From: Phoronis australis
Lineage: Eukaryota > Animalia > Phoronida
Direction: 5' to 3'
NCBI GenBank assembly: GCA_002633005.1
Contig: NMRA01000196.1
Coordinates: 269,632 to 333,631 of the forward strand
Length of the DNA: 64,000 nt
Below, piece by piece: positions 36,529 through 51,729 of the stretch. Below the pieces are notes generated by a model. That model did not search any database and had not been told where the DNA came from. It worked only from the letters and a program-made list of their open reading frames with translations. Each line of letters begins with the position of its first letter. Within the stretch, counting starts at the first letter, position 1. The translations under genes and the position numbers were made by a program.

Positions 36529-37399
36529 AGTACTAACACATACTAATACACTCAACAAGTCTTTTTCTTCCATTCTTTTGATTTAAGTTATTTCACAACT
36601 TTGTGAAATGCCTTTCGATGGCCCTTCGGCTCTTTTTCATTGCTGAGTATTGGCTACCCATAACAGCGTTTTGACAATTTGTGCTTCGAAAGTGCGCAAA
36701 CTCTCGAATTTTGAGGTTGACGACAGTTCATTCTAATACGAATTGTCGCAGTGAACGGCTACGACAAACTGATTTGTGCAACAAAGGTCAGCACAAACAG
36801 TAACAATGTGAGTACATGTATTGCGACAACCTTTGCAACCCAACAAACCAGAAACTACCGCAACGAAAATTTACGATAATAGGTTAATATCGATACAATG
36901 AGAGACGGAGTTGTTACAATGTACTGAATCCGCCAACCCAGTTGAAAGACACTTGACCTGTTTAGAAATATGTAACTGAAGAAGTAAGAATTTGAAAAAT
37001 TACGGAGTATCAAGTGATGAACATTATGATTCATCCAGGTTCATGCATACTGCTAAGGCAAAGGTATTTCATTCACTACCCAACAGAGGTCGCGCCTGTA
37101 CACATTCAAAGCTGGTGAGCTAAAACTTTGGCTTTAACCACACCCTGATAACAGGTTTTAACATAAGAAATGGTCGATAATACTATTGTAAACACAAACT
37201 TCAATCTGTCAGATCAAATGCCCAAGAGCTCTCCCTAGCATATCTATCCAATTAATATAATTAATTTAGCAGTAACAGGAGACAGAAGTCATTGATTACG
37301 AAAGTTGTGGAATGCTCGAACCCAAACTGTTTTTTGTATACATGCTTGTGTGTAGAGTAGATTTTATTGCACTGGGAAGATAGAGGGCACAAACAGAAC

Positions 37400-38000
37400 A
37401 CAACAATCTCTAGATCTCAGTCGCCAGTCAATTCGAAGCTTGATGTCGGGAAATTAACTGAAAAACTCCGAGTCCACGCAGCGTCCAATTTGGGAAATAC
37501 ACGAAGCTCGCCCCGACTGACGCACATGCATGTCTGTTTTGCATGGTATCCCTCATTCCTTGGAAATATTGAAAAGAGGGGAAAACTAGTGTTGTTGGCT
37601 TCCCGTCAGCACACAAATAGGCTACATGTGGTTCTCCAACAATCACTGACGGCACAGGAGGCGCTCCTAGTGCTTTAATGAGCTTTTTTGGACAGTGGGT
37701 GTTATTTTCCAAAAATCTGCTGTGACGCTCGACTTAATTCTATCAAAACAAGGTTTGAGTTTGGGTACCTACCGTTACAACATTTGTTTCATGTTGTTCA
37801 TTACCCAAATTAGAAAAAATGTTTGTGTGGATACAGAAGACCTCAGTGACATTTCGTCATTGTTTCATACATGTAGCAGGCTATGAAGATGTTTGCCACG
37901 TAGAGTTAATTTCAGCTGCTGAAGCAGTGTACCCTTTAGAACACTTTTTGTCCATCGATTTAATGCACTTCAAAGAAAGCACAAGGCCTCGGTGGGATTG
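37400..38000 (-). pseudogene. Possible very decayed hAT-like transposase remnant
   Basis: Stop-riddled minus-strand peptides SAAEI...WQT, FSPLFNIS and KTDMHVR recall AEI-W / F-L-FDES / QMD-HVR motifs in the right order. Recognised from memory only. Confidence 0.25.
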
Positions 38001-41000
38001 CAAGCAAGACTGGGAATACTGGCAGTTTCTTGTATGGGATCGTAGTTCACAGCACGTTTAAAAAACAGTAAAAGCCACAACCAATCTCGGTGAGTGAGCG
38101 ATCAGGAAACAGAATTCATAATGTTCAAATATAATGTAAAGTTGGTTTAGACTGTACCAAAAACAAGTGCTGTGTTCGAACTGACTGTTATACTAATTGT
38201 CCTCTGATCTAACACAAAACAACTCAGCACTTCAATAGTCTTTAAAGATACCCCTTCCGCTTCATCTCAATTAAAATTTTCATAGAAAGGATTTCACACA
38301 CGTTAGCTTAGTCGAAAATAAACTCAATTAATGGTCGTTCAACACAACACCAAATATTTTCAAACTTAACTGAATTAAACATGAATATCACTCTTCTATC
38401 CGTTAATTCGCTAATCATATACATGTATTCACCGTATCTATCCACCCAAAATTAGTTCCTATTCACCGGCGTGGACTATTCAAGTTCGACCCACAAGATG
38501 CCCACTTTCAGTTTGTGTTCTAATGACCTACATGTAATGACACCGTAAGATTCTTCTCAACCATCTCTCCAACGTGTGACAGAATGCTTACTGGAAAACA
38601 GCGTGAATGATTAAAAGCATATTTGTTCTGTCGACCTTGTTTAAATTAGTAATGACTGCACGACGCGATAGAGATAACGAATCAGTTAAATTCTAATCTA
38701 AGCATAACATCTTATTTTCAAAAGAAGGGCATTGAATCATTAGTTCATACTTTAGTCTGCCGACGGTAACTTTCTGGGCATTTGCTACTTTCGTTTGTTG
38801 AACACCATGCTCTAGAGCCGTTTAAGCATTGCTACAAAATAACGTTTAGAAAATGTTGAGCCTTAACACTGCTGTTTTGTTTCTGTATCGATGCTGACAA
38901 ATCAGGTTGTTTACTCCGTGAAGAAACTATAAAACGTATTCGCTACCTGTATTGTATTCTCTCAACCAATTCAACAATCACCAATCAACTTTTATAGATA
39001 AAAAACACTATATCTAGCTGTCAACACATGTCATCTCAAAAACCATAAAAATTAGTCGTAAGCATCGCTATCGCCATCATTGTAATCATTATCATTATCG
39101 TTATCCATAATGACACCCTCCCCCCTCTTCTTGCCGCTGCTTACATTTTACGCGTGCCTAATATATTTACAACCAGACCTGTCTCAAACACCTTGTTGAC
39201 CTAGATGCTGATAACAATTTTGTCCAATCATTTAGTACCAGACAACACACTACACTACACCATAGGTAGAAATACTCTGCTTTCAGCAGAGATCTGCAAA
39301 TAACGTGAACATCAGAAATGATTTTTTTACCAGACGCAAAAGCTGGTTAAAGCGTTCCGTTGACCAAGTTTCGTGCGTGAAAAACGGGATCCCGCAAAAC
39401 CACGCAAAATCACGCTTATATCAGTGTTGTGCGAGCAGGCTCGAGACCTTAATGAGGTGACTAAGTGAAATAGTGGGCACTGAAGGTTGATTAAATTATA
39501 TTGGGATAGACTTCATTGTTTCTTTTCCACGGATAAAAAAATGTCGCCACAAATGCATGACTAACGTCTTGGGTCTACGAAACGCAGCAATGGGGTCCGT
39601 TCAGTGAAAAGTCTGAAATTTTGCCTTACGCTCCCCGTAACTATTTCCGAAAATAATTTAATCTCACTTCGACTAATGTAAAAGGTCTCTGAAAAATTAC
39701 AGACAATTGCCCGTTTCCCAGAATATTTTATCAATTCTTTATAAAGGACAATGTGCTAACAAGTACATGACATTCACTAATTTGCTTATCTTACTAACGA
39801 ACTTTGAACACCATTGTGCACTGTTTTCAATCTACTGAATCTACAGTATAAGTGATAGTCAAAACCTATAACTGACTTTGAAGACAACAGCACCTTGCAG
39901 GGGTCTTGCAGGAGAATCTCCTCCGAACACTAAAAATTATTCCCACCAATGTTTGCGCATATCAAAATGGCGGCGATGAACAGAGAGATCCCTGGTCGCT
40001 GTAAGAAGACAGATCTGTCGGCTGATTGGATGATAGCAGCAGAGATCAGATCTCCGAGGAGCGTTCATTTTTTCGTGAGGCGAATCAGGCACTCGACCTG
40101 CCTTCTATAAATTTGAAAGGATCTGACTTCTCTGGGTGTCGCCATTTGTAACGTGTGAAGAAAGCACACTTCAGCTCACTAAAAACTCATTACTAAGCCA
40201 CCTGACTGAACTAATTGTACTATAGACTCAAAGGCGCTGGAAGCGTGAGATAAAACGATTCGATTTTTTAATTAATTAAATGTGACGAGTGACTAGTGGT
40301 ATGGGTGCGTTTTTCAAATCGAGCAGCAGCCCGCACGACATCAAAGGTTCGTAAGAATAAAACTAATTAAGAAATTATAAAGAAGAGACGAGGTTCCTTG
40401 TTAAATGTAGCGGACAGACGTTTCCGACAGCTTCCTTTGTCGATAGCGTAGTAACACCGAGCCGTTGAAAAAGGACACTGTCCCAAACATCTCGCCATTT
40501 TCTAAGTCTATCTAGTATTGCTTTATTTTGTGTAATCCTGGTAACCTCATTTTTTCCTTTTTATTGATGGTAGCAACAAGAAAGCTTGTCTTAAATCCCA
40601 TTTAACCAGTGCTTTCTGTCAAAAAAGTTTTGATTCTGGGCACTCACTGGGAGACCCGAATTTTTATGAGCTTGGTCTTAAGAGATAGCGGATTAGCGGG
40701 TTAAAATTACTTCTTTAAACTGTGTAAGATCCTAGCAAAAATCTATAATAAATTTAGATAACTTTGGAGAATCACGTCTCGAAATGGCCAATCGGATTCA
40801 TATGAAGGTTTTAGATACTACAGTGTATACTTTATGTACTTTTCTCCAAAACGATATTAGGAATTGTTTAAAATGTTCCGTTTTGAGTTTGAATAGCATT
40901 ATTTGAAAAAATGAAGAGTTGCTTAAACGAAAACGAAATGAAAACGTAGAAATCTTTGGCAAAGGGGTTTGTAGAGCTAATCTTGAACATATATGAATCG

Positions 41001-44000
41001 AAATTTGGTCGTGTTATTGATACCGTTGTTTTGCTATGACCTTTATTGTTTCCTAAATTTTGTTAAAAAAAGGAAATGGTTACACGATCCAATCAGCGGC
41101 AGATTGGTACGAAGTATAAAATCAAGTTGTACGGCTTTCTCCTTTTACAAAATATGAACTTCTCTCGGTTTGAATTTGTTAATCATGTAGATATTTGCAG
41201 TAGACTTGACGATAAGATCCTGCATGTACATAATTTTGCATTGACGCCAGTCTTCAACTGTTTCAGTTGTTGGTAATAGCGTAGTCTTTTTATCATAACG
41301 TAACATTTTATTGCAACTCATTCGATTAAAACCAACTTGTCCTGTGTCAATTGCAAGTTCATTGAAAATCGACCGTTTGGAATTCTGATGCGTTTTTGGT
41401 CATCAACTACTTTGTACATTTTCAATACTGCATTAAAGCAATATCAACGTCTTCAACGACGCCAAATAGCATAACGAGATATTTCTTCGCAGTCTTACTT
41501 TATGCATCATCCCTATTGATGCACTTCAAAGACATGAGGATATTTTTAAAAATTATAATTACATGTATGTATATCCTCTCCCGGGGCCATATAAATCAGT
41601 ATTCTTCTCCGCTGACTACTTTACTAGCTGATTCGTTTCCAAGTAAATTTTTCATCGTTTCAAAGAAATTTAATCTTGCATCATAAACAAATCAATTTCG
41701 TCTGAGCATTTTTTCATCGAAAAGTTTCGCCCAAACGTCTGAACCTTTGGCGCCAAATGTGGTTTTGTCAACACTGTACGTGCATAATATAGGTCGTACT
41801 AAATGAAACTTGACGTTTCGTTGGTGATTCGATTCGACTACTACAGTTCTTATCAGTTTGGTTTTCGAGTCTTCGAATCTTAAGTTACATGCCAGTCTAA
41901 TTCTAGACTGGCTACCCGCAGTGTCAAGGCAACTGCGTGTTATTCTTCCGAAACCAAACGCAGCTTTTTACGGCCACATGAAGTTACCTTGGCGCGCCAG
42001 GTCGCGCGGTCGCTGTTGGCAACAGGAAAACTGCCTTGTAGCGTCAAAATAGCAGCTAATGCAATCACTGGTTTATTTGTTCACGTGTGGGTTTGACTTC
42101 TGTAGGAATGCAGTTTGCATCAAGTACCTGGGCGAATTTATTTACGCAGAACGCCAGACAGCCGAAGTGTCCGTTGCTGTTGAATAAAATTTGGGGTCAA
42201 GCGAAAAATTAATGTTCTCCGTGCCAACAACTAATCTGCAATCCGTTTCGCGGCTTCAATCACGTACCGAAGTACATTGTTCAGTGAGAATGCCACGTGT
42301 CTTTGTTCAATTCTAGCGTGATGAGGTGCAACATCTACCATACAACATTAAAAAATTCTCAAATAAAGTTTTACTGTTTTGTGTAACATTCGTAATAGAA
42401 ACTTTGAAAGGTGTTCCCATCGTTTTTCTCAGTACAGTTGTTATTTCGGGCTGTACATGGTCAGGATTTAATAAGAAATACCTATTGCTGCCTATTGGAG
42501 GTTTTTCAAACGTCGTCACCACAGCGTACATGTACTAGAAATCAGGCATACACTGTAGGTGTAGGAAGCGTTGGGGTCAAGGGGGCAATCCCCACTACAT
42601 ATTGGGAAAGTTGGGGACAACGAGGTGGAACCGTGCCTTCAAATAGTTTGCACAAGAGAGGGTGGAACTTTTGAAGTGACCGACATAGGAGCAGGGGGCA
42701 AGGGCATTCCATAAAATAAAGATGATGGGGAGAAAGATTTAGAGAGCATTTGTCAACTACATGTATCAGTGCTAGATTTACAATTTGAGGCCCTCGCGAG
42801 GACATTTGTGTTGGGGGGAATAAGATTTTTAAACTTCTGCACTATGTTGTTCGCTTAGATTTTCCCGAACAGATTGGTTCAGATGTTTAAATTCAAGAAG
42901 ACTTTTTGTCACGGATTTCCGTGATAATGTATTGTTTTTGTCCATCTTCCGCTTATCTTTCTGTTACTTTGTTTTTTAAATTGAATATCGTTTAACAAAA
43001 TCAGAGCTGGTGGCAGTCCTGGTCACTCATTTCCCTTTTCCATATTTATATTCTTTTTATTAAGGTACATGTTCCATACAAGGCGGGGACCCCAATGATG
43101 GAATCGATTGCTTCTCTTCTCGAGCATTAACCGGTATAGAAAGAAAGAAGAACCTTAGGACCACATGGGATAAAGCTTGGCGAAGTCGAATTAGTTTGCG
43201 CCCCCTCCCGAATGTTTACCGTTTTACGGCCTTGCCAGCCTGCTCAATCGGACAAAGGAGAACTTAGGTAAAACCTGTGTTGGTGTGTAAGTGGATCCCA
43301 CGGGAAGGATGCTGGTGGAGGTAAAACGGCTGTCGACCTCTGGACGGGTGGTGGCATAGTCAAAACTTGAAGTCACCCCCCCCCCCCCCCCCNCCGCCCT
43401 CCACTAAAGTAATTCTTCCTACGCCCATGCCTATGTCTCTGGGGAGCGAGAATCAGCTGACAGATTAGCGTCAAGCTCAACTCTAAATCAGCTCAGAGCA
43501 AATGAAGCGTTCTCGGTCGGGCACCCACGGATTACTGCTTTGAAGTACACTACACTTCAACTTCCCACACGCAGGCAGACCAGCCGTTGAGTCACTGATC
43601 CTAATCCCACAAGTCTGAAGTGCATGTATACATGTATACAAGGCGAAGTCTGCATTCGGTTAAATAGTTAGCAGTGGACGGGTGATGATAATTGTCACAC
43701 ACGAGTTCATTTGAGAGTCAAGAAACACGTCCAAGTAAACTTACTTGAAAACTGACAAATCAGTGAAAGATTTTAGTCTATGCAAAAAACACACCACACT
43801 TGGCGAATGAAATTAGGCATTTAATACACCGCTGAAAGCTTCGTGTCAAATCATTTCCATCGTTTCTTTGTTAATGTTTGTAAGTGGAAATCATAAATAA
43901 TGCTAATAAATAAATGGTCACCTTTTCCTGAAAATTAGATCATCGAACAACATCTGCGGTAAATTAGAACGCGGCGGCTTAGAGAAAAAATATGTTACCT

Positions 44001-46432
44001 TTCTACATTTGGGCGGGGTATGGGCAAAAGGCGATATGGAATTGGTTCATTAGGAAGAATTCGAAGGCAGGGTAAATTACCAGGGAGCAGTATGAAAACA
44101 CGTGGTACCACCAGTCTGTTTTACACCATATTATCAGCACCGCTTCCCAACATTTCACAACAAAGTGGACTTCGAAATGGTTCGGGACTCTGTGCACGCA
44201 TTAGGAACAATCACAGAGAACACGTGATGCTCTCGTTAACATATAATAAACATCGAAAACATTCACTAGACACCGAGTGATTTTCGCGCCTGTATCTGTG
44301 ATTAAATGATAGTTGCGAGAGAACGATTCTCGTATTGAAGTGTTGCGGAATCAATATTAAACTATAGTTGGACGCCGACTCTCCTTCAAATTGAAATTTT
44401 ACGTAATAAAGAAATTCAATTCTGGAGTTCAATGGACCTAAAATTACCTTAACAACTACATTCTGAAAACGTGAATAACCCTAGGTGTGCAAACCTTGTG
44501 GAACGAATTTTGCAGAATTTCAAAGATAGTAGTGAAGTAAACTCTTTGATTCACAGCCACTGGTTGTTAACTTAATATTCTTGTTTAAGACAAGGCAAAG
44601 GGCACTTTTAAGGATGCTTTTAAAACTTTGCAACAGTAGTGATCATATCGAGCATTCGTACGTTCAGCAACCTTACCTCTACTACGACCAACTTGGATAA
44701 TGCGGTTTCCAGAAAGCGTCAACACTCACGCGTTTGTTTGGCATGAAAGGTCCACACTGGTTCAAGAACGTCTCTCTTCGACACCGTCGGAAAACCAGTT
44801 GCACATCCAATTAATGTTTGCTAACCAAGGCATTAAAGATTTTAACTTAATTAATGATGTACAAAATTAAGTGAAGTCTACCGAGACAAGGAGGAGACGC
44901 ATACAGAAACCGCCAGAGCGCAAGTTTCTAACAATAGATCCTTTCACGGACCTTTGCGTATCGCCTTCCGAGGATAAACAATCGCAGCCCACAAATATCT
45001 TGTTTTGTTTAGCACAGTCTGGTGTTGATCAGTAGCTCATATGCACTTGCTGCGAGACAGCGAATGGCAAAAGCTCACTACTCGATCGAATTTAAACCTT
45101 GTTAAGTCTCACCCTGCCTTCTGTTTTGGTTTGACGTGATCGATTGGTGAGGTGAAGCCACGTTTTGGTGGGAGATTTTGCTTCTTTATTTTTAGATAAC
45201 TTGTGTTTTGTTTTTACATGCAAGCGATCTTTCAAAAGCGATTCCACCTAAGCGCCTATACACGTTTCGAATTGAGAACTGTAGGGCAAAACACATTATG
45301 CAATCAAACTGCCCAGCACAGATAATAATAACGGAATTACTATTATTTTGACTATCGAAAATCGGGTTATAATGCATTAATTCGTCAACTAAGCGAGTCC
45401 TCATTACATGTACATTGTTTTGTATGCGATTGTAAACCATTTGACTCTGATGCTCGGTAATAGCATGCTAATGGGAGACAAATAAAGGTGAATACCCTTC
45501 ACGTTTTTACGCGTCAATTATTCAATTCATTAAGCTGATTAAACGCCATCTGACAAGTTGTGTTCAAAAACTCTCGAAACAACCTTCATCGAGTGCGTAG
45601 CGAATGGGGTCAGGTTATTGGTGCTGTTTTTCATGGCCATTTAATTTAACATCCCACTCCATCAATCAGGTTTGGAACACTGGCTGTAATTGCTCGTTTA
45701 AAGAAATGTCAAAAATTAGAAACAGACAACTTATGTATTCGCGTGTTTTTTGTTTTTTTTTTCATTTCCGTTTTAACCAGCTGGGCCTTTGTGCCATGTT
45801 AAAAGAAACTTTGAAAGAGTGTTATACTGAACTTGTTTGCTTCAGTGTTTGTTTTATGGATATTTTAATCCAGAGAAACAGATGGTCCAGAAGCCTGGCA
45901 GTCACTTCATCAGCGAATCAAGACGATGTTAAAATCCTGAATTGTTAAAAATGCAGACACGATTTGGCATACTGATACCTAAAATGAACAAAGGGGCTCA
46001 TGATAACCACATGAAATGATATATGTGGGATTTATTTTTCCGTTTTCTTTTTTTATTTTGCTACAGGTTAATGGATCCCAATAAACTTCGGTTTGACTAT
46101 AAGCGAATTTGACGAATGGTGGGACGTATGCTGTGTAATTGATGCTTATAAAGTCGATCTTGAGAGACAAGATCAAATCACGACAAACAGAAATATGTTG
46201 CCAGTTCACACAGGACTTGTCAGTGTGACAGCTGATGTCTTAACGCTTTAACACAATTAACCGTTCACTCAAAGAAATAATCAACGAAGCACAGACTTCA
46301 TCCGGAACCAATCGATTAGATTTCCCGCGTAATCTCCTGTCAATCAGACATTATTCACTGAAACGTTCAAAAGATGGCGTTGAAAACAAAAAAGGAAGGT
46401 TTACCAGTATACGCGTATATCCGTACAGGCAT

Positions 46433-46452
46433 ACACACACACACACACACAC
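46433..46452. repeat. (CA)n microsatellite
   Basis: acacacacacacacacacac. Confidence 0.85.
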
Positions 46453-48610
46453 ATATAAATAGGAAAATCTACGATTTCGTGTGAAGCAACAAGAATTGTT
46501 TAAAAGGTGATATATATTCATTGAAGAACACACAGAACATACAAAGAAATAATGACAAACCCAGAAGTCGCGAAGCATTATATCTGGGTTGCAGACAATC
46601 CATAGATGAAAGTAATATATACTGTACATAGAGGTATTTACATGTAAGTAGTATCTAGTATAAGTATTCCAATATTTAGATATGTTGTTACGAACATATA
46701 AAAACAAGAACATGTACAGATACATGTATGGAAATCAGCAGCAACAATATTTATAAGCGATGCATAAAAATTTGCTAACGTTGCTTAAGAGAAATTCATT
46801 GAGAACAAGGTCAAAGTAAGGACTACCTTTCGATAGTAATGTAACTTTCGTAGAATTGTTGATGAGAAAATTTCGCAGTCGCTAACAATTCACAATTTGT
46901 TCCTACTGTAACCTCTTCATGAGGCCTACATGTATGGTCTGCAGCGTTTAGTTGAAATCTACTTTAGTAATCGCTAGGCTCATTCAAGAAACTATGCACT
47001 TTCCTTTACAGGGACTCCGAGTCCCATCTTCTGGCAATCTCGACCATGTGATCATCAATCCCAATGAACGACAATCATAACGCCATGCATTGCACGACAT
47101 CTAGTGGCCGTTGTGGAAACATGACCAAGTTTCTTAAGCCCAGTGTGACAGAAATTAGTGTTGCAATGATTTTACGACTTACTGCCGACATCGCCACAAA
47201 AGAAAAACATCAAATCTAAATCAATTCCAAGGCACAGAAATCAATTCTTTAATCTCACTAAAAACATGAAAATCACGTAAATAAGACGGAGTCTCTCGGC
47301 GGCAGCGCAATCATGTGCGAACAAAGGCGAGTGCAATGTCAACGCAATGGACATACCTGCGCATGTTCGAATTAATTATCTGATATAGATAACAATCATG
47401 GGATAGTGAACTTACCGGACAAGCGAATTTTGCTCTTGCCAAACAACATCTACAAATCGTGGATCGGAATACGTTGAGTGGACTCCTTACAACAATGAAT
47501 ATGATGGGTTCCAATCGGACATCATGTGACACACGGCATACATTGTTCATAAAAACGTGACGCCTGCTGTGTTGCCATGGGCGCTTTAAGTTGTGTGCTG
47601 CATGTGAAGGATACAAATGGCATTTGCTTGATTTCTGAGTAACTAGATTACCAGTTGTTGACCCATGTTGTCCTATGAAGCTTTAAAAAACAACATTAGT
47701 CATGTTTGTAAATGGCCATTTTGCCACTACAAAAACTTGTCATCTTTTGTTACCATACCACAGCTTAGTGATCATGGCTACGTTTAAAATTAAATGGAAA
47801 CTACCTTTATGCACTGAAACTACAACCAATATGAAGTTCATCAGAAGGTTGCCCTAACTTAAATGTCTTTATGGTGCACTGAATTACGGCCAATTCCATG
47901 CATTAATTTGATTTTTGGACACAGCCCTAGAGCAACAGGAGCTAACTGTTTGCCTGGCATAAGAAGAGTATGTGCCTGAGCTATGAACCTGATTTTTATC
48001 AAAATATTTCGATCGAATATTACAAAGTATAAACAATTGCTACCGACTCGACCTACTTTAGTCGGGGAATCCCATCAGTTGTGACCTACTTTTCATGTGG
48101 CGGAATTTAGCAGACGGCAGAATGAAAATATCGGCAAATCTTCACTGATTTTGTTCGAAATATCCTGAAATGAACATGTGTATGGTATAGTGCACACAAT
48201 TAGACTTTAAGCTACATGGCCAGCTTTACATGAACGTATCGCATCAGTGACCTTGTCAGTTTTCAAGTGAAGGTGAACCCCGCGTGCGGTTCTTCGGATT
48301 TTCGCTGGCTCCGAAATACTTTTCCTCGAACACTTGTTTTTTCATCGTCGCCTTTACAAATTCCTAAATCTTGAATGTACAATCATGATTCTCAGCTGTA
48401 TCACCTCTTGTCTTTGTCTCAGCGTTTTTGGAAAGTGCAAAAAACACTCATCGATTCCACCGGGAACGTCGTTTAGCGACAGTGTATTTGCCTCTGGAAA
48501 TCTTGTTTGTTTGTCGGATGTCACGTGGCTTTTCGCAAGGGGGCGAAGCTTGCGATAGGTCAATTACCAAAAGAAGCGCCACTTCCGGTTTCGTGAGGAG
48601 GCATAGAACT

Positions 48611-48765
48611 GCCTCCCGTTCAGTAACGCTAGGACCTAGCTTAAAAGCAAGACTTTGCGAGATTACGCGAGATATTGCAATGTATTTTAAATTAGAGCAC
48701 GTGACCTTGACTAGCTTTTGGCTAGGTCCTAGCGTAGGTCCTAGCGTCTACTGAACGCACGCCTG
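48611..48765. mobile_element. About 155-bp palindromic MITE, copy 1
   Basis: CGTTCAGTAACGCTAGGACCT ... AGGTCCTAGCGTCTACTGAACG inverted ends; second copy at 63117-63271. Confidence 0.8.
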
Positions 48766-51729
48766 GGTTTGTCTATCAGAACCCACCCTTTCTTCACTCT
48801 GCCAAAAACTGCATGCAAATAAAGAAAAGTTTTGAGTCATTTCACATCTCAAGCCCTACAGACACCATTTCACTCCCGGTGAAAAGCAAGCTAGATTGAG
48901 ATAAATAAGGGCAAAAACGCAAAATCAGCACTTTCACCCCAAAACCACCACTTCCCTGCCGATGCTAGACTAAAGCCAACATTAGATTCCGAAAGCAAAT
49001 TTCATACCGATTTCAATAATGTGATCCAAAAGTACTGTCAACCAACTAGTTTTTGTGAAATTTGTCTTGTTTGAGGGCTACCTGAAATCGAGGCCAATTT
49101 CTCAGTTGTTACACAGCAATGCACAATTGCAAAAGGGGGCCACCATCTTGGAGAAGAATGCAGGTACAGCCGAGAAAGTGGCCTTTTTCATTCTCAGTAT
49201 ATTCACAAATACAAACAAACCACATTCACTTGGTCTACATACAATACCTAACTAAAAATGCCCCAAGCCTGGCCTACTCCTTGATTTTTGATTTTGGGAG
49301 TGCAAATTGGCCGCGGTCGCAGCCTAACTGTTCATTGCCACCTGAACGGACGACTACCTTGCAGGAAATGAAGTCGTGATCCACACCAGGTGCCGCTAGT
49401 GAACGGTAACTTCACGACCAAGGGTGTTGGTCGCGCCTTTTGAGTACAATCACAGATTTTATCCATTGAGATTATGCGTTAGCGCTCCATGCACTATAGT
49501 CTGTCATGATTTACATTTATATTCACACTATAGCACAAGGCGTTCAAGCATAATATTGACTTTCAAAAACTGATTGTTCCAGAAAGACCTATGGTACTTT
49601 GTTTTGGGCTAAGAGATATCCTATTTCTCAGTCCTCTTACTTAAAAGAACCATATTTGGCTCTGATGGAAATTCAATTGCCTTTGTGAAAGATTCTCCAA
49701 ACAAGATCATCATTGCTCGGGAACGTACTCGAGGCAGCCTCACAAAAATTCACACGTTAAGTAAACCACGTGTACTTTGTTTTGCTATCACTAGGGTAGC
49801 AGCAAATAACAGTTTGCATTCATTTGTCAACAATTGTAATTGTTATAAAATAGCTAAAAAGCGTCCGATATGTGATGAGCAATGGCATATACGGGCAGCG
49901 CGAGGGGACGAAGGTCATGACCCGCGGTGACCCTTAACGTACTATTGTGTACACGTTGTGGCAGCTAAGTGATGCAAAATTAGTTAAATATTCGACTACA
50001 TAATGTAATGGTTAAAGAGAATTTTTCAAAACTTGGAAGTAATTTTCATTAAAAGTCGCATTTTTATTTTGTTTGTTTCCGTCAGAGCAAACAGTGTTTT
50101 ATGCTTCTGAAATGATTGCAGGAATATCAAAGATAGAAAAAATAATGTGTTATACTTCTTACGAAATTATGTTCAATCAAACACGAGCATTCAAAAGCAA
50201 GCTCAAGTATGCATGGTCTTGTCACAGTACAAAATATGTCAACAAATCCAGGAGTATAGAAAAACAACATGCGTCGCGTTTAGGCATTATTCTGGCAATA
50301 AAACGAGTGCGCTGCACATAAATTCAGTTGTTGTTTTTTTTCAAAAGCTCACTTTTGTTTATTGAAAGAAATCTTGACGCAAGTGCCCCTGATTAGGGAA
50401 TCACTATAACAGTAACAACCTATTTACAAAAACATGTTAAAGGCTAAAACAAAAATCTGTGCAAGTTCATGTCTCCAGTCTTTTAATGGACAAAAATCAT
50501 CAATGTGAAACTGACGTAGAAGACACACTCAATGACTACATTCAACGCAGTGGGGTTGAAGGATGTCTAAGCAAATGGTCACCATGTCTCCATGACGATT
50601 CTGGTGAGCTGGTTATTACTTTAAGGAGGACGGTAGATTGTGTGAGAAAGTTACGTAGTCAAATGAGGCATTTTAGTTGGACTCAGACCCATCTGGTAAG
50701 TAGGTTATCTACAACAACCGTTTTGTAACGAAGTCACTTTTTCGAGTAGAAAGGTTTGTTCACCATGAGGACACTGAATTAGCAAAGTCATTCCATTTCT
50801 CAACTTCAATTATAAAATAATCTATCATAGTACCTGCTGTGCCATGTCCATGTTATGATCAATTGGGCTACAGTGTAGCTGTTCTGCGCCCTGAGCTACA
50901 TACATGTAGGCTGTAGCCATTACTTGGCACAACTAAAACCACAATGAATTAATCAATTTGCACTTGATAACTCGGATATTTCATAATTTTTAAAAAATTG
51001 TGCAAATAATACCAAATGAGATTTCACTACCCATATGCATTCGAGAAATATGTTGATCTTTAATTAACAGTAGGATTGCCAATAAATTCAAACTTTCCAT
51101 ACAAGTTGTGCAAGACACGCCGCTGCGTACCACAGCAGTGTGCACGTACTGCAACTGCGTAATGGCATTTTCAACCAGAACACGTATATTTTGGTAAACA
51201 AGCACTTGAGTGAATAATAAAATGATTAAAGTCTATCATGTTGCACACTGTAGTCCATTAGTATCACGCGTTTGCAAGCTCAATTTGTGTCGCCATTGTT
51301 TCGATACATTTAATTAAATCCCTTTAATTAACTCAGAGTTTTAAAGCTAAAGTGTGGTATGTAACCGTTACGTTAAATTGGAATTGTAACCCCCTTCATC
51401 ACCGGTTGTTAGTCATGTAATTTGCAATCAAAGCTGCATCTGAACAGTAATTATGCACCGGTTCAACAACTCCACAATATGCTTACATGCACGTGAAAAT
51501 AAAAAGTAACCCCGTGACATCAGGACTGTAATCCTAGTTATTTTCCAGTCATGATGGTGTAAAAATGATTTTGAAATGGACCCACCCTGCAAGTGCATTG
51601 GCCACGGTCTGGAAAGAGTGTGTACAATGAAAAGCTATAAAAGTTGTTCACGAGAGTTAGGGCGAAAATTTTCATCCATGTGACATGCGAATCCATAAAC
51701 ATCATTACATCTTGTCACTGGTACACACT

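Noticed and set aside
40415-40450. Hammerhead-ribozyme-like GACGTTTC..GAC...GTC segment (also near 41811)
   Set aside because: The CUGANGA core is missing.
42554-43429. Possible 870-bp MITE bounded by TAGGTGTAGGAAG ... CTTCCTACGCCCATG
   Set aside because: The left end is degenerate and the flanks do not match; it may be two separate fragments.
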